From the NCBI GenBank assembly GCA_045863235.1, contig BTUM01000003.1, positions 152,861 to 216,860 of the forward strand: a stretch of 64,000 nucleotides of DNA, in the 5' to 3' direction. Shown here one piece after another: positions 41,902 to 50,404 of this stretch; position 1 is the stretch's first letter; each line of letters opens with the position of its first letter. The notes under the pieces are model-generated. The model was not told the origin of the DNA, did no database searches, and was given only the letters and a program-made list of their open reading frames with translations. This DNA is from Candidatus Xenobia bacterium (GTDB lineage: Bacteria; Vulcanimicrobiota; Xenobia; Xenobiales; QWHO01). A program made the translations under genes and the position numbers.

Positions 41902-43184
41902 GCCTTCCAGGCCTCCAGCTCCCGGGTCAGGCAGCGGTTCGCCTCGGCGAGATCGGGATAGCGTTGCTCGGGCTCCTTGGCCAGCATCCTGAGCAGCACG
42001 GCGTCCAGTCCTGGAGGAATTCCCGGCCGAATCGAGGAGGGCGCGGGCGGCTCCTCGCTCACGTGCAGGAAGACGAGCTGCAGCGGCTCGTCGGCCTCGA
42101 ACGGCTTGCGGCCGCACAAGACCTCGAAGGCCACCACGCCCAGAGCATACTGGTCGGTAGCCGGCTCGTAGTGTACCCCCTTCACCTGCTCGGGTGCCAT
42201 GTAGGCCGGCGTTCCCAGGGCCGTGCCGGTGTGGGTCAGGCTCTCCGAATCCAGTGCCCGCCCAAGTCCAAAGTCGGTGACCTTCACCTTGCCCGTCGGG
42301 GTCACCAGAATGTTCTCGGGCTTGAGATCGCGGTGCACCACCCCGTGTTGGTGGGCGTAGTGGACCGCCTGAAGCAGGGGGGTGAGGTAGCCCCGGGCTT
42401 CCTCGGGGCCCAGTCCCTCGGGCCGCATGCGCTGGCGCAAGGACCCGCCTTCCACCAGTTCGAGCACCAGGTAAACCAGCCCCCCTTCCTCTCCCCAGTC
42501 GTACATGCGCACGATGTGGGGGTGGGAAAGCTGTCGATACAGCTCCACCTCGCGCAGGAAGCGGGAGCGAAAGTCAAGGCTGTTGCTGGCGTTCTCGTGC
42601 AACACTTTGAGAGCCACCGGGTCGGCCTCGGGCCGGTCGGGATCGATCCCACGGTAGACGGTGGCCATGCCGCCGCCGCCCAACCGCTCCCCCACCGCGT
42701 AGCGGCCCAGCTTGCCCTGCAGATGATCCGAGTCCACCGTGGCGGGCAGGGCCAATCTCTGGCGCAACTTCTCGGCCCAACGCTCGCGAGCGCGCATCCG
42801 CAAGAGCATGGCGATGACGACGCCAACCAGCACGGTCAGCCCGGCCAGCCAGGCACGATAGCGCTGCCAGACTGCCGTCGGAGAATCGGGACGGAGAAAC
42901 AGCGTGCCCTCGGGCGGGTAACGCTGATGGGTGAAGAAATAGGCCTGGCTCACGGTCAGGCGCTCTTCGCGATAGCCGGAAGCCTGAAAGCAGAGCTCCA
43001 CGTCACCCTGGCCGTAAGCCTGGCGGCTGCGCAGCCTTACCGCCTTTCCGGCCACCCCGAGCTCGCCAAACTGGTCTCGCACGACCGCCTGGGGGGGGTC
43101 CACGACGAAGGTGACCGTGGGCCCGGTGTCCTCGGCTCCCACCGTGGCCGACAAAATCAGAAGCGTCAGCAGGAGCCGTCTCAC
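41898..43184 (-). CDS. Membrane Ser/Thr protein kinase with N-terminal extracytoplasmic domain
   Basis: Signal peptide, TM helix, LGGGGMATVY, HRDLKPEN, DFG, APE. Confidence 0.92.
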   Translation of the reverse strand: MRRLLLTLLILSATVGAEDTGPTVTFVVDPPQAVVRDQFGELGVAGKAVRLRSRQAYGQGDVELCFQASGYREERLTVSQAYFFTHQRYPPEGTLFLRPDSPTAVWQRYRAWLAGLTVLVGVVIAMLLRMRARERWAEKLRQRLALPATVDSDHLQGKLGRYAVGERLGGGGMATVYRGIDPDRPEADPVALKVLHENASNSLDFRSRFLREVELYRQLSHPHIVRMYDWGEEGGLVYLVLELVEGGSLRQRMRPEGLGPEEARGYLTPLLQAVHYAHQHGVVHRDLKPENILVTPTGKVKVTDFGLGRALDSESLTHTGTALGTPAYMAPEQVKGVHYEPATDQYALGVVAFEVLCGRKPFEADEPLQLVFLHVSEEPPAPSSIRPGIPPGLDAVLLRMLAKEPEQRYPDLAEANRCLTRELEAWKA

Positions 43185-43227
43185 GGTGAGCCTTCTTCGC
43201 CCTGTGAGGGAGAAGATCCGTTCATGG

Positions 43228-43256
43228 TTGACGGGCACCCTCTGCTTCGCTATACT
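43228..43256 (+). promoter_or_regulatory. Sigma70 promoter of tRNA-Gln/tRNA-Glu
   Basis: TTGACG-N17-TATACT. Confidence 0.85.
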
Positions 43257-43268
43257 GCTAACACTTAT

Positions 43269-43342
43269 TGCCGGGTCGTCTAACGGTAGGACAGCGGACT
43301 CTGGATCCGTACGTGAGGGTTCAAATCCTTCCCCGGCAGCCA
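43269..43342 (+). tRNA. tRNA-Gln(CTG)
   Basis: Cloverleaf; anticodon arm GCGGA-ctCTGga-TCCGT; encoded CCA. Confidence 0.95.
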
Positions 43343-43348
43343 TAACAA

Positions 43349-43425
43349 GCCGCGTTGGTCTAGAGGCTTAGGACGCCGCCCTCTCACGGCGGAAACCACG
43401 GGTTCGAATCCCGTACGCGGTACCA
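43349..43425 (+). tRNA. tRNA-Glu(CTC)
   Basis: Cloverleaf; CCGCC-ctCTCac-GGCGG; GTTCGAATC; encoded CCA. Confidence 0.95.
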
Positions 43426-43501
43426 ATCCCCGAGCCAGCAGCCTACCATGCTGGCTCATTTTTTTCGAGGATCGGGCCGGGCGACCCCGAACCAGCCGCC
43501 C

Positions 43502-44692
43502 ATGCGACGCTTGCTGCTGCTTCTTCTGGTGATCCTGCTCACCACCCGGTGCGGAAATGACGGGGGGGACCGTCTCTTCCAGAGCACAATTCCGACCACG
43601 ACCACCCTCACCATCGGCGTGATCGCACCCCTGCAGGCAGGCCTGACCGCCTTCGGCCTGGGCATCCGCAACAGCGCCCAGCTCGCTGTGGACCAGGCCA
43701 ACCGCAACCAGACCCTGCCCGGAGTCAGACTGGTGCTGGAGTCTTACGACGACTCCTCCGACCCTCAGGTCGGAGCCCAGGCGGCCCGTGCGCTGGCCGC
43801 CAACAACACGGTGGTCGGCGTGATCGGAACCTACAACTCGGGGGTGGCCTTTCAGACTGCGCCCATCCTGGGAGCGGCCAGTATTGCTCAGATCTCCCCG
43901 GCCAACACCGACCCGGCTCTGACGCTGGGTCCCGACCCGGCCGTTCCGGTTCGTCCTTTCGCCAACTACTTTCGCATGGTCGTGCCCGACACCGTCCAGG
44001 GTCCCGTGCTGGCGCGCTTTGCCTTCAACAATCTGGGACTCCGCCGGGTGGCGGTGGTGACCGAGAGCAAGTCGGTCAGCCAGGGCCTGGCCAACAACTT
44101 CAGCCAGGAGTTCACTAACCTCGGTGGCACCATCCTGATCACCGAAGTGGTGCCGGTTGGGACCACCGACTATTCGGCCATCCTGGCCAGGGTGGCCGCC
44201 ACCAATCCCCAGCTGCTGTTCTATGGCGGTGAGTACCAGACGGCCGCGACCGTGCGGCTCCAGGCGCGTCAGGCAGGCATTGTCGCCCCCCTGATGGGCG
44301 GCGACGGCATCAAGGACAGTAACTACATCGCCAGCACGGGCGCCGCATCGGAAGGCGACTTTGCCAGCACCGTCGGGGCGCCGCTGGCCAGCCTGCCCGG
44401 CGGGGCCCAGTTCCTGCAGGACTACCAGGCAGCCGGATTCCTCGACCCACCGACCGATTACGGACCGTTCGCCTACGACGCGACCAACACGCTCATTGCA
44501 GCCCTGCAGGCCACCCTGGGGAACACCAACAGCTTCGACACCACCAGCCGGGCTCAAATCCTGGCCCAGCTTCAGGCCACCCGCTCCAGCGGCGTCACCG
44601 GCCCGATCGCCTTTGACGCATTTGGCGATCCGGTGAACGAGTTGCTCACCATCTACCAGGTTCAGAACGGACAGTGGGTGCCTGTTCCCTGA
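43502..44692 (+). CDS. Branched-chain amino acid ABC substrate-binding lipoprotein (LivJ/K-like), orphan
   Basis: Lipoprotein signal; IGVIAPL, GVIGTYNSG, ISPANT, GVTGPIAFDAFGD. Confidence 0.88.
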   Translation: MRRLLLLLLVILLTTRCGNDGGDRLFQSTIPTTTTLTIGVIAPLQAGLTAFGLGIRNSAQLAVDQANRNQTLPGVRLVLESYDDSSDPQVGAQAARALAANNTVVGVIGTYNSGVAFQTAPILGAASIAQISPANTDPALTLGPDPAVPVRPFANYFRMVVPDTVQGPVLARFAFNNLGLRRVAVVTESKSVSQGLANNFSQEFTNLGGTILITEVVPVGTTDYSAILARVAATNPQLLFYGGEYQTAATVRLQARQAGIVAPLMGGDGIKDSNYIASTGAASEGDFASTVGAPLASLPGGAQFLQDYQAAGFLDPPTDYGPFAYDATNTLIAALQATLGNTNSFDTTSRAQILAQLQATRSSGVTGPIAFDAFGDPVNELLTIYQVQNGQWVPVP

Positions 44693-44876
44693 ACATTGAC
44701 GACGATCAATGAACCACCAGGGTCCGATCGGGTATCCTTTTCCCAGGATCGTTGCCCGAACTTCGTAAGGCGCACCTGTTCTCAAGCGGGCAAGGATCTC
44801 ACGGAAACAGCCGACAGAAAGTGGTTGCGGAAGTCTCCGCCGACTCAGCCACCCGCCGTCGGCTGTTCGGTTTTTT
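44691..44876 (+). ncRNA. Orphan structured element / candidate sRNA, copy 1
   Basis: Colinear with 51341-51528; two covarying stem-loop domains, TATCCT upstream, T6 tail. Confidence 0.7.
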
Positions 44877-44921
44877 CGGCCATTCACGCACCAAGGAAGA
44901 CCCTGAGAGACCGCCGAAGCC

Positions 44922-45824
44922 GTGGGAATGAAGATCAAAGAAATCATCCGCTCTGCCCGGAAGCTCTGCGAGCCCTTCCGCGTCACCAATGACCACTTCA
45001 AGCTGAAGGACTACGATCCTGAGGAGACTCTCGGCTTCAAGTCGGAAGACAAGCCCCGCGCCAAGGAAGCCCTCGAGACCGGCATCCTGGCCCTGGCCGA
45101 GCTGCAGGACAAGCTCTACGCCCAGGACCGATGGGGAGTCCTCATCATCTGCCAGGCGATGGATGCTGCCGGCAAGGACGGAGCCATCAAGCACGTCATG
45201 TCGGGGGTCAATCCTCAAGGTTGCCAGGTCAGCTCCTTCAAGGGACCCTCCGAGGAAGACCTCGACCATGACTTCCTGTGGCGCTGTATGAAGGCGCTTC
45301 CCAACCGGGGCAACATCGGGATCTTCAACCGCTCCTACTATGAGGAGACCCTGGTGGTCCGGGTCCATCCGGAGTTCCTGGCCAAGCAGAAGATCCCCAA
45401 GCGCCTGGTGGGCAAGGACATCTGGAAGGAACGGTTCCAGGACATCCGCAGCTTCGAGCGCTACCTTACCCGGCAGGGTATCGTGATCAGGAAGATCTAC
45501 TTGAACGTGTCCGAGAAAGAGCAAAAGAAGCGCTTCCTCGAGCGCATCGACAATCCCGAGAAGAACTGGAAGTTCTCAGCCAACGACGTCAAAGAGCGCG
45601 TGCACTGGAACGCCTATATGAAGGCCTACGAGGATACCATCCGCCACACGGCCACCAGGGAAGCTCCCTGGTTCGTCATCCCGGCCGACAACAAGTGGTT
45701 CACCCGAGTGGTCGTGGCCGCCACCATCATCGACGCCCTGGCCGGGCTCGATCTGCGCTATCCCGATGTGGGCGAGGACAAGCTCAAAGAGCTGGCCGCG
45801 GCCCGGGAGGACCTGGTCGACTAG
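44922..45824 (+). CDS. ppk2: Polyphosphate kinase 2 (class III-like)
   Basis: QAMDAAGKDG, FNRSYYEE, KNWKFS, IPADNKW. Confidence 0.93.
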   Translation: MGMKIKEIIRSARKLCEPFRVTNDHFKLKDYDPEETLGFKSEDKPRAKEALETGILALAELQDKLYAQDRWGVLIICQAMDAAGKDGAIKHVMSGVNPQGCQVSSFKGPSEEDLDHDFLWRCMKALPNRGNIGIFNRSYYEETLVVRVHPEFLAKQKIPKRLVGKDIWKERFQDIRSFERYLTRQGIVIRKIYLNVSEKEQKKRFLERIDNPEKNWKFSANDVKERVHWNAYMKAYEDTIRHTATREAPWFVIPADNKWFTRVVVAATIIDALAGLDLRYPDVGEDKLKELAAAREDLVD

Positions 45825-45991
45825 TCTGATGAGCGTTACGTGCTGAAGGTTTTGCCTATCCGGTGGGGGCGCCTCCAGACAATTCTGCAGAACTTCGCTT
45901 TACGTGAAGCGCACAGTTTCGATCAGGAACTGATGTCGCCCAGCGCCAGGTCGAGCAGGCCCGCACCTGGCTCCCAGACGGCGCCCGAAGG

Positions 45992-46792
45992 TCAGCGCTC
46001 AATCAAGCCCTGGACTGAGTTGAATTGCGGGTAGTCCGCTGGCAGACCCGCGTCTTTGTGATTGTGCCCCTGGCAGTCAGTCGCGTAGCTGTGCCCGTAG
46101 TCCGGCGAGATCCTGGTCTGGTAGCTGGTAGAGTAGGTGTCCTTGCCGGCTGACGGGCACTCCGGGATGATGCGGAGGTAGTTGGGGGTGAGCAGGGTCA
46201 TGGTTGGAGGATAGTAGCCATCATAATCGCAGCTGTACATCTCCAGAGCGGTGCCGAGGTTCTTCAGGTTGGATTTGCAGGCGGTCAGGTTGCTCGTGGC
46301 CAGGGCCGCAGCCACGTCCTGGCGGAGCTGCGGATCGGTGACGGAGACCGTATCCCAGTCTTCCGTGACCAGGTAGCCATTCGCCGTTTTCTCAACGACC
46401 CGGACCCGGGTCGAGGTGACCGCTCAGCCAGAGGCGTCCTTCTCGGAGACGGACGAGCCGACCGAGAGGCGGTCGCCGAGTTTGGCGCTGTCGAGCCAGC
46501 TCCGCAGGTCGGACAGGCTGGCCGCCTTGCCCTCGTCCTGCGCCTGGATGGCCATGATGACGCGCTGCATCTCCCCCACGTCGGTATTGTGCCACGAGCC
46601 AGCCTTGTATCGCTGAAGCTTCCCTCCCTGTTTGCGGAGCTTCACGCTGTAGATGTTGACCTCGACCTCGCCGCCAGGGCCCTGAGCCCACTTGCCGAGG
46701 TCCGAGCCCCGGATCAACTCGCTTTGCGAGATGGTCGGAGCGGCCAGGAGGCCGGCCGCCACGGCCAGCAAGAACCAGCGGGATATGTGCAT
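45992..46792 (-). pseudogene. Secreted protein with C-terminal GspG/pilin-like domain, in-frame TGA at 46424-46426
   Basis: ORFs 46424-46792 and 45992-46315 share a frame separated by one stop; CKSNLKNLGTALEMY..YYP. Confidence 0.62.
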
Positions 46793-46993
46793 GGGATCCC
46801 CTCCTCCGATAAGAGAGGCATCATTCGCTGCGTCCGGCAGCCCAACCCTGCCTCAGGTGGCGAGCAGTGCTCCTCCAGCGTGCAGACAGGTAGATTGCCT
46901 GCTCCCCAGTGAAGCCGCGCTGGGCGGCGTAGTGACCCGGGTCGGGGCTGGTGTCAGGCCCGCGTACTGCAAAACCTCCAGACTTTAGCAGGG

Positions 46994-47036
46994 GCGCAGC
47001 CGGAACCCCTGGACACGGTCTCCGGCTGCGCGACGA
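46994..47036. repeat. Palindrome homologous to hairpin 1 of element B (copy D)
   Basis: GCGCAGCCGGA..TCCGGCTGCGCGACG, inverted relative to 39942-39986. Confidence 0.75.
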
Positions 47037-47044
47037 CCAGCCCG

Positions 47045-48022
47045 TTAGATGCGAGCGACCGGTCCGACCAGGCCCCAGATCTTCTCGGTGGCCTGGTGGC
47101 GGCAGACCTCCTGGGTCTCCTCGAGCAGCACGCTGGCTTCTTGGAGGTTGACCCCGCGCTCCAGAGCGGCCCGAATGTCCTGCAGGGGAGTGGCGACCAT
47201 CTCAGCGACCAGTTGCTGAATCTCTTTCTCACGCCTCTTCATGTCGCTCAGCACCAGGTCGAGCAGGCGCGACCGAATGGCCGCCCCCACTCCTCGCAAG
47301 ACGGTGCGCCTCCAGAGGCCGGAATCGCGATCTGGATAGGCTGCCCGCCAGACGGGGACCGATCCCCGCAACAGCTCGAGACGAGCTTTGCCAAAAATGA
47401 AGTCTTCCTTGATGTCGGCCTGGAGCTTCTCGCGAGCAGACTGACACTCGGCCTCGGACATGCCCGGAGTGAGGCCATCCGGATCAGGCCACTTCTGCCC
47501 GGCTTTCTCGAGCAACTCGCTCAGGCGTGCCCAGGCCATTGCGCCCGTCTCCTGCAGGATGCGGCCGATCACCGCCCGGAACATGTCCCCGCGAGCGCCC
47601 CTTTCTTGCAGCGCCGGCATCAGCTCGGCTTTGTAGGCCTCCATGGAGGTGGTCAACCGGTCGAGCTCGGCCTCATCGATCCCCGTCTTGAGCTCGGCGC
47701 AGGCCGCCAGGATGTCCTTGCGCATCTGGGTGTGCAGGTCTTCCATCTTGTGAGCCTCGGCCTCCGCGGCTTCCGCCTTGCGGATCTCCCGCAGACGCTT
47801 GACCGCCTCGGGATCGTCGAGATCGACCTTGCGAACGCTGAGCTGGAGGTTCTTGACCTCACCGGTCAGCGCCTCGAGCAGCTCGCGAGCGCTCGGGGGC
47901 GCTGGGGCGGCCGCTTCCCCGGACTTCTTCTTTCCAAAACCTTCGGTGAGCCAACTAAACACAGGGAGACTCCTTTCACCACAGGACATTGATAACGCCA
48001 GTAGACCAAATTCAGGCCGCAC
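47045..48022 (-). CDS. Hypothetical helical protein
   Basis: Long ORF with good codon bias; start may be ~47962. Confidence 0.7.
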   Translation of the reverse strand: MRPEFGLLALSMSCGERSLPVFSWLTEGFGKKKSGEAAAPAPPSARELLEALTGEVKNLQLSVRKVDLDDPEAVKRLREIRKAEAAEAEAHKMEDLHTQMRKDILAACAELKTGIDEAELDRLTTSMEAYKAELMPALQERGARGDMFRAVIGRILQETGAMAWARLSELLEKAGQKWPDPDGLTPGMSEAECQSAREKLQADIKEDFIFGKARLELLRGSVPVWRAAYPDRDSGLWRRTVLRGVGAAIRSRLLDLVLSDMKRREKEIQQLVAEMVATPLQDIRAALERGVNLQEASVLLEETQEVCRHQATEKIWGLVGPVARI

Positions 48023-48121
48023 GGGGTATGATCCCGATCAGGACCGGCTGGAATTCGCCATTCTATCCAGCAGGGTCCTGTTCCGGCAGTAACTTCGGCT
48101 CCCCCAAACGAACCACCCCGA

Positions 48122-50371
48122 ATGCAGGCACCTGGACCCCCCGCCGGCCTGGTCGGTCACCTGGGCGAGATGCGCCGGGATGTGCTGGGCCTTCTGCTGC
48201 GCTCAGCCCAGGAATACGGGGACGTGGTGCGCCTGCTGCTCGGCCCCTGGGAGTTCTACCTGATCAACGACTCCGAATTGCTCGAGCTGGTCTTTCAGGA
48301 CCATCATCCCCGCTACGATAAGAACACACGCACTGGAGCGCTGCTTCGGGAACTGACCGGCGACAGCGTGCTGACCCTCAGCGGCCAGCCCTGGCTGGTC
48401 CGCCGAAGAATGCTGGCCCCCTTCCTATCGCGCAAAGCGGTGGGCGGCTATGCCGGAATGATCCAGGAACTGACCGAGGCCTGGCTGGATTCACTCCCTG
48501 CCGGAAAGACCGTCGACCTGGCCTCGGAGATGACCCGCCTGACCTGCCGGGTGATCGCCCGGGCCCTCTTCTCGGCCGACTTTTCAGGCCAGGCCGCGCG
48601 ATTGGAGACGGCCATGCTGAACGCCCTGGACGTGGTCTATGAGCGCATCGAGCGGCTCGTCGACTTCAGCCTCTCGCGTCGCGGCAGGCTCCGGGCCTCC
48701 CTGACCGAGCTCGATCAGCTCGTTTACGCAATGATGGCAAGGCGCCGAAGCTCGAGCCCGGAGCTCGACCTTCTGTCGCGCCTGCTGGATGCCCAGGATG
48801 AGGAAACGGGTCTTTCGCTGGACGACCGGGCAGTGCGAAACGAGGTGGTCACCCTGCTGCTGGCTGGCCACGATACGACCGCCAACACGCTCTCCTTCGT
48901 CTGGCACCTGTTGGGTCAGCACCCGCCGGTGTGGCAGCGCCTGCACGAGGAGGTGCAGGGCCGTACCGTGGACCTCGCGAGCCTGTCCTCGCTGCCCTAC
49001 CTGACGGCCGTGATCCAGGAGACGCTCCGCCTCTACCCGCCTATCTGGGCGGTGGAGCGTCACTGCCCTCAGGGAGACGTGCTGGGCGGGTTCACCATTT
49101 CCCCCGGAGCGACCGTGGTCACCTGCCCCTACGTGACCCATCGCAAGCCCGACTACTGGAGCCAGCCTGAGCGCTTCGACCCGGAGCGCTTCCTGGGCCC
49201 GCACGAGCGTCCGCGCTACGCCTACTTCCCCTTCGGAGGTGGCCCGCGCCAATGCGTGGGCCAGAACATGGCCTTGCTGGAAGCCCATCTGATCGTGGGC
49301 CGGGTGGCTCAGTGCCGCCGATTCGTGCCGGTCGCGGGACACCACTTCAGCCTCAAGGCGGGCATCAGCCTGCGCCCACAGGGTGGACTTCCGATGCGTG
49401 TGCACGATCCCACCGACCCGATCGACGTTGTGCCGAGCCCGACCAACCGGCGGGCCCGGTGGCGAGGCTGGGGCCGCGACCTGGCCCGTGACCTGGCCCG
49501 CGACAGTCAGCGCATGCGGACTCCCATGGGCCCGGTGGAATTCGTGCACCTTGGCCAGGGACCGCCCGTGCTGGTGCTGCATGGCTCCCCGGGGGGCTAC
49601 GATCAGGGAGTTCTTGGAGGGGGACACCTTCTCAAGCACGGTTTCTCCCTGCTGGCCTTATCGCGCCCGGGGTCGCTGCGCACCCCGCTGCAGAGCGGCC
49701 CCACTCTAGGCGATCAGGCCGAGCTGGCGGCCTGGCTGGCTCAAAGGCTCAAGCTCGATCTGGCCGGCGTGCTCGGTATTGGCACCGGCGGCGCGGTGGC
49801 CCTCGAGCTTTGCCTGCGCCACCCGCAGCAGCGCCTCATCTTGATGCAGGCGGTCACCGGACGCTACCAGTTGGCCCCATCCAACCGTCTGCTCAAGGCA
49901 CTCCTGTTCAACCAGCCAGGAGCCTGGTTGACCAGCTGGCTCGGACCCGAGCGGCTGGCCCGGCAGCTGATCGATGCCAAGGGCTTTCTCGATCCGGCCG
50001 AGGCGGCGAGCCTGCTGGCCGCCACCCTGCAGGATCCGGAAAGGCTGGACTTTCTGATGAGCCTGCTGGAGAGCCTGGCGCCGGTGCGATTACGCCGTCC
50101 TGGAGTGGAGAACGACCTGGAGCAGTTGGCCAGCTGGGCACCTGATCTCTCCCGACTGGAGCTCCCGACCTTGATCCAGCACGGCACCCACGACGCGGAT
50201 GTGCCCTTCGAGCATGCGCAATCGGCAGCGACTCGGATGACGCGGGCCCGATTGACCTCGGTGCAGGGAGGCACCCACCTGCTCCGCCTGGCCCCCGAGT
50301 GGGAACAGCTGGTCGCGGAGCAGGTGGCCTTTCTCCGTTCAAATTCCTTTCAGAGCGACCGGCTAGATTAG
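48122..50371 (+). CDS. Cytochrome P450 fused to an alpha/beta-hydrolase domain
   Basis: AGHDT, ETLR, PERF, FGGGPRQCVG; then HGSPGG, GIGTGG, HGTHD, GGTH. Confidence 0.88.
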   Translation: MQAPGPPAGLVGHLGEMRRDVLGLLLRSAQEYGDVVRLLLGPWEFYLINDSELLELVFQDHHPRYDKNTRTGALLRELTGDSVLTLSGQPWLVRRRMLAPFLSRKAVGGYAGMIQELTEAWLDSLPAGKTVDLASEMTRLTCRVIARALFSADFSGQAARLETAMLNALDVVYERIERLVDFSLSRRGRLRASLTELDQLVYAMMARRRSSSPELDLLSRLLDAQDEETGLSLDDRAVRNEVVTLLLAGHDTTANTLSFVWHLLGQHPPVWQRLHEEVQGRTVDLASLSSLPYLTAVIQETLRLYPPIWAVERHCPQGDVLGGFTISPGATVVTCPYVTHRKPDYWSQPERFDPERFLGPHERPRYAYFPFGGGPRQCVGQNMALLEAHLIVGRVAQCRRFVPVAGHHFSLKAGISLRPQGGLPMRVHDPTDPIDVVPSPTNRRARWRGWGRDLARDLARDSQRMRTPMGPVEFVHLGQGPPVLVLHGSPGGYDQGVLGGGHLLKHGFSLLALSRPGSLRTPLQSGPTLGDQAELAAWLAQRLKLDLAGVLGIGTGGAVALELCLRHPQQRLILMQAVTGRYQLAPSNRLLKALLFNQPGAWLTSWLGPERLARQLIDAKGFLDPAEAASLLAATLQDPERLDFLMSLLESLAPVRLRRPGVENDLEQLASWAPDLSRLELPTLIQHGTHDADVPFEHAQSAATRMTRARLTSVQGGTHLLRLAPEWEQLVAEQVAFLRSNSFQSDRLD

Positions 50372-50404
50372 TCCCCAACAGGTAGCGCCGGAACGGAGCC
50401 CCCA

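Noticed and set aside
43349..43425. tRNA-Glu or tRNA-Pro as an island attachment site
   Set aside because: No duplicated tRNA 3' end and no integrase found in the window
43280..45001. 573-aa minus-strand ORF and the kinase extension to 43343
   Set aside because: They overlap two tRNAs and the livK-like gene; shadow ORFs typical of high-GC DNA
46424..46426. Selenocysteine recoding of the in-frame TGA
   Set aside because: No redox motif and no evident SECIS hairpin
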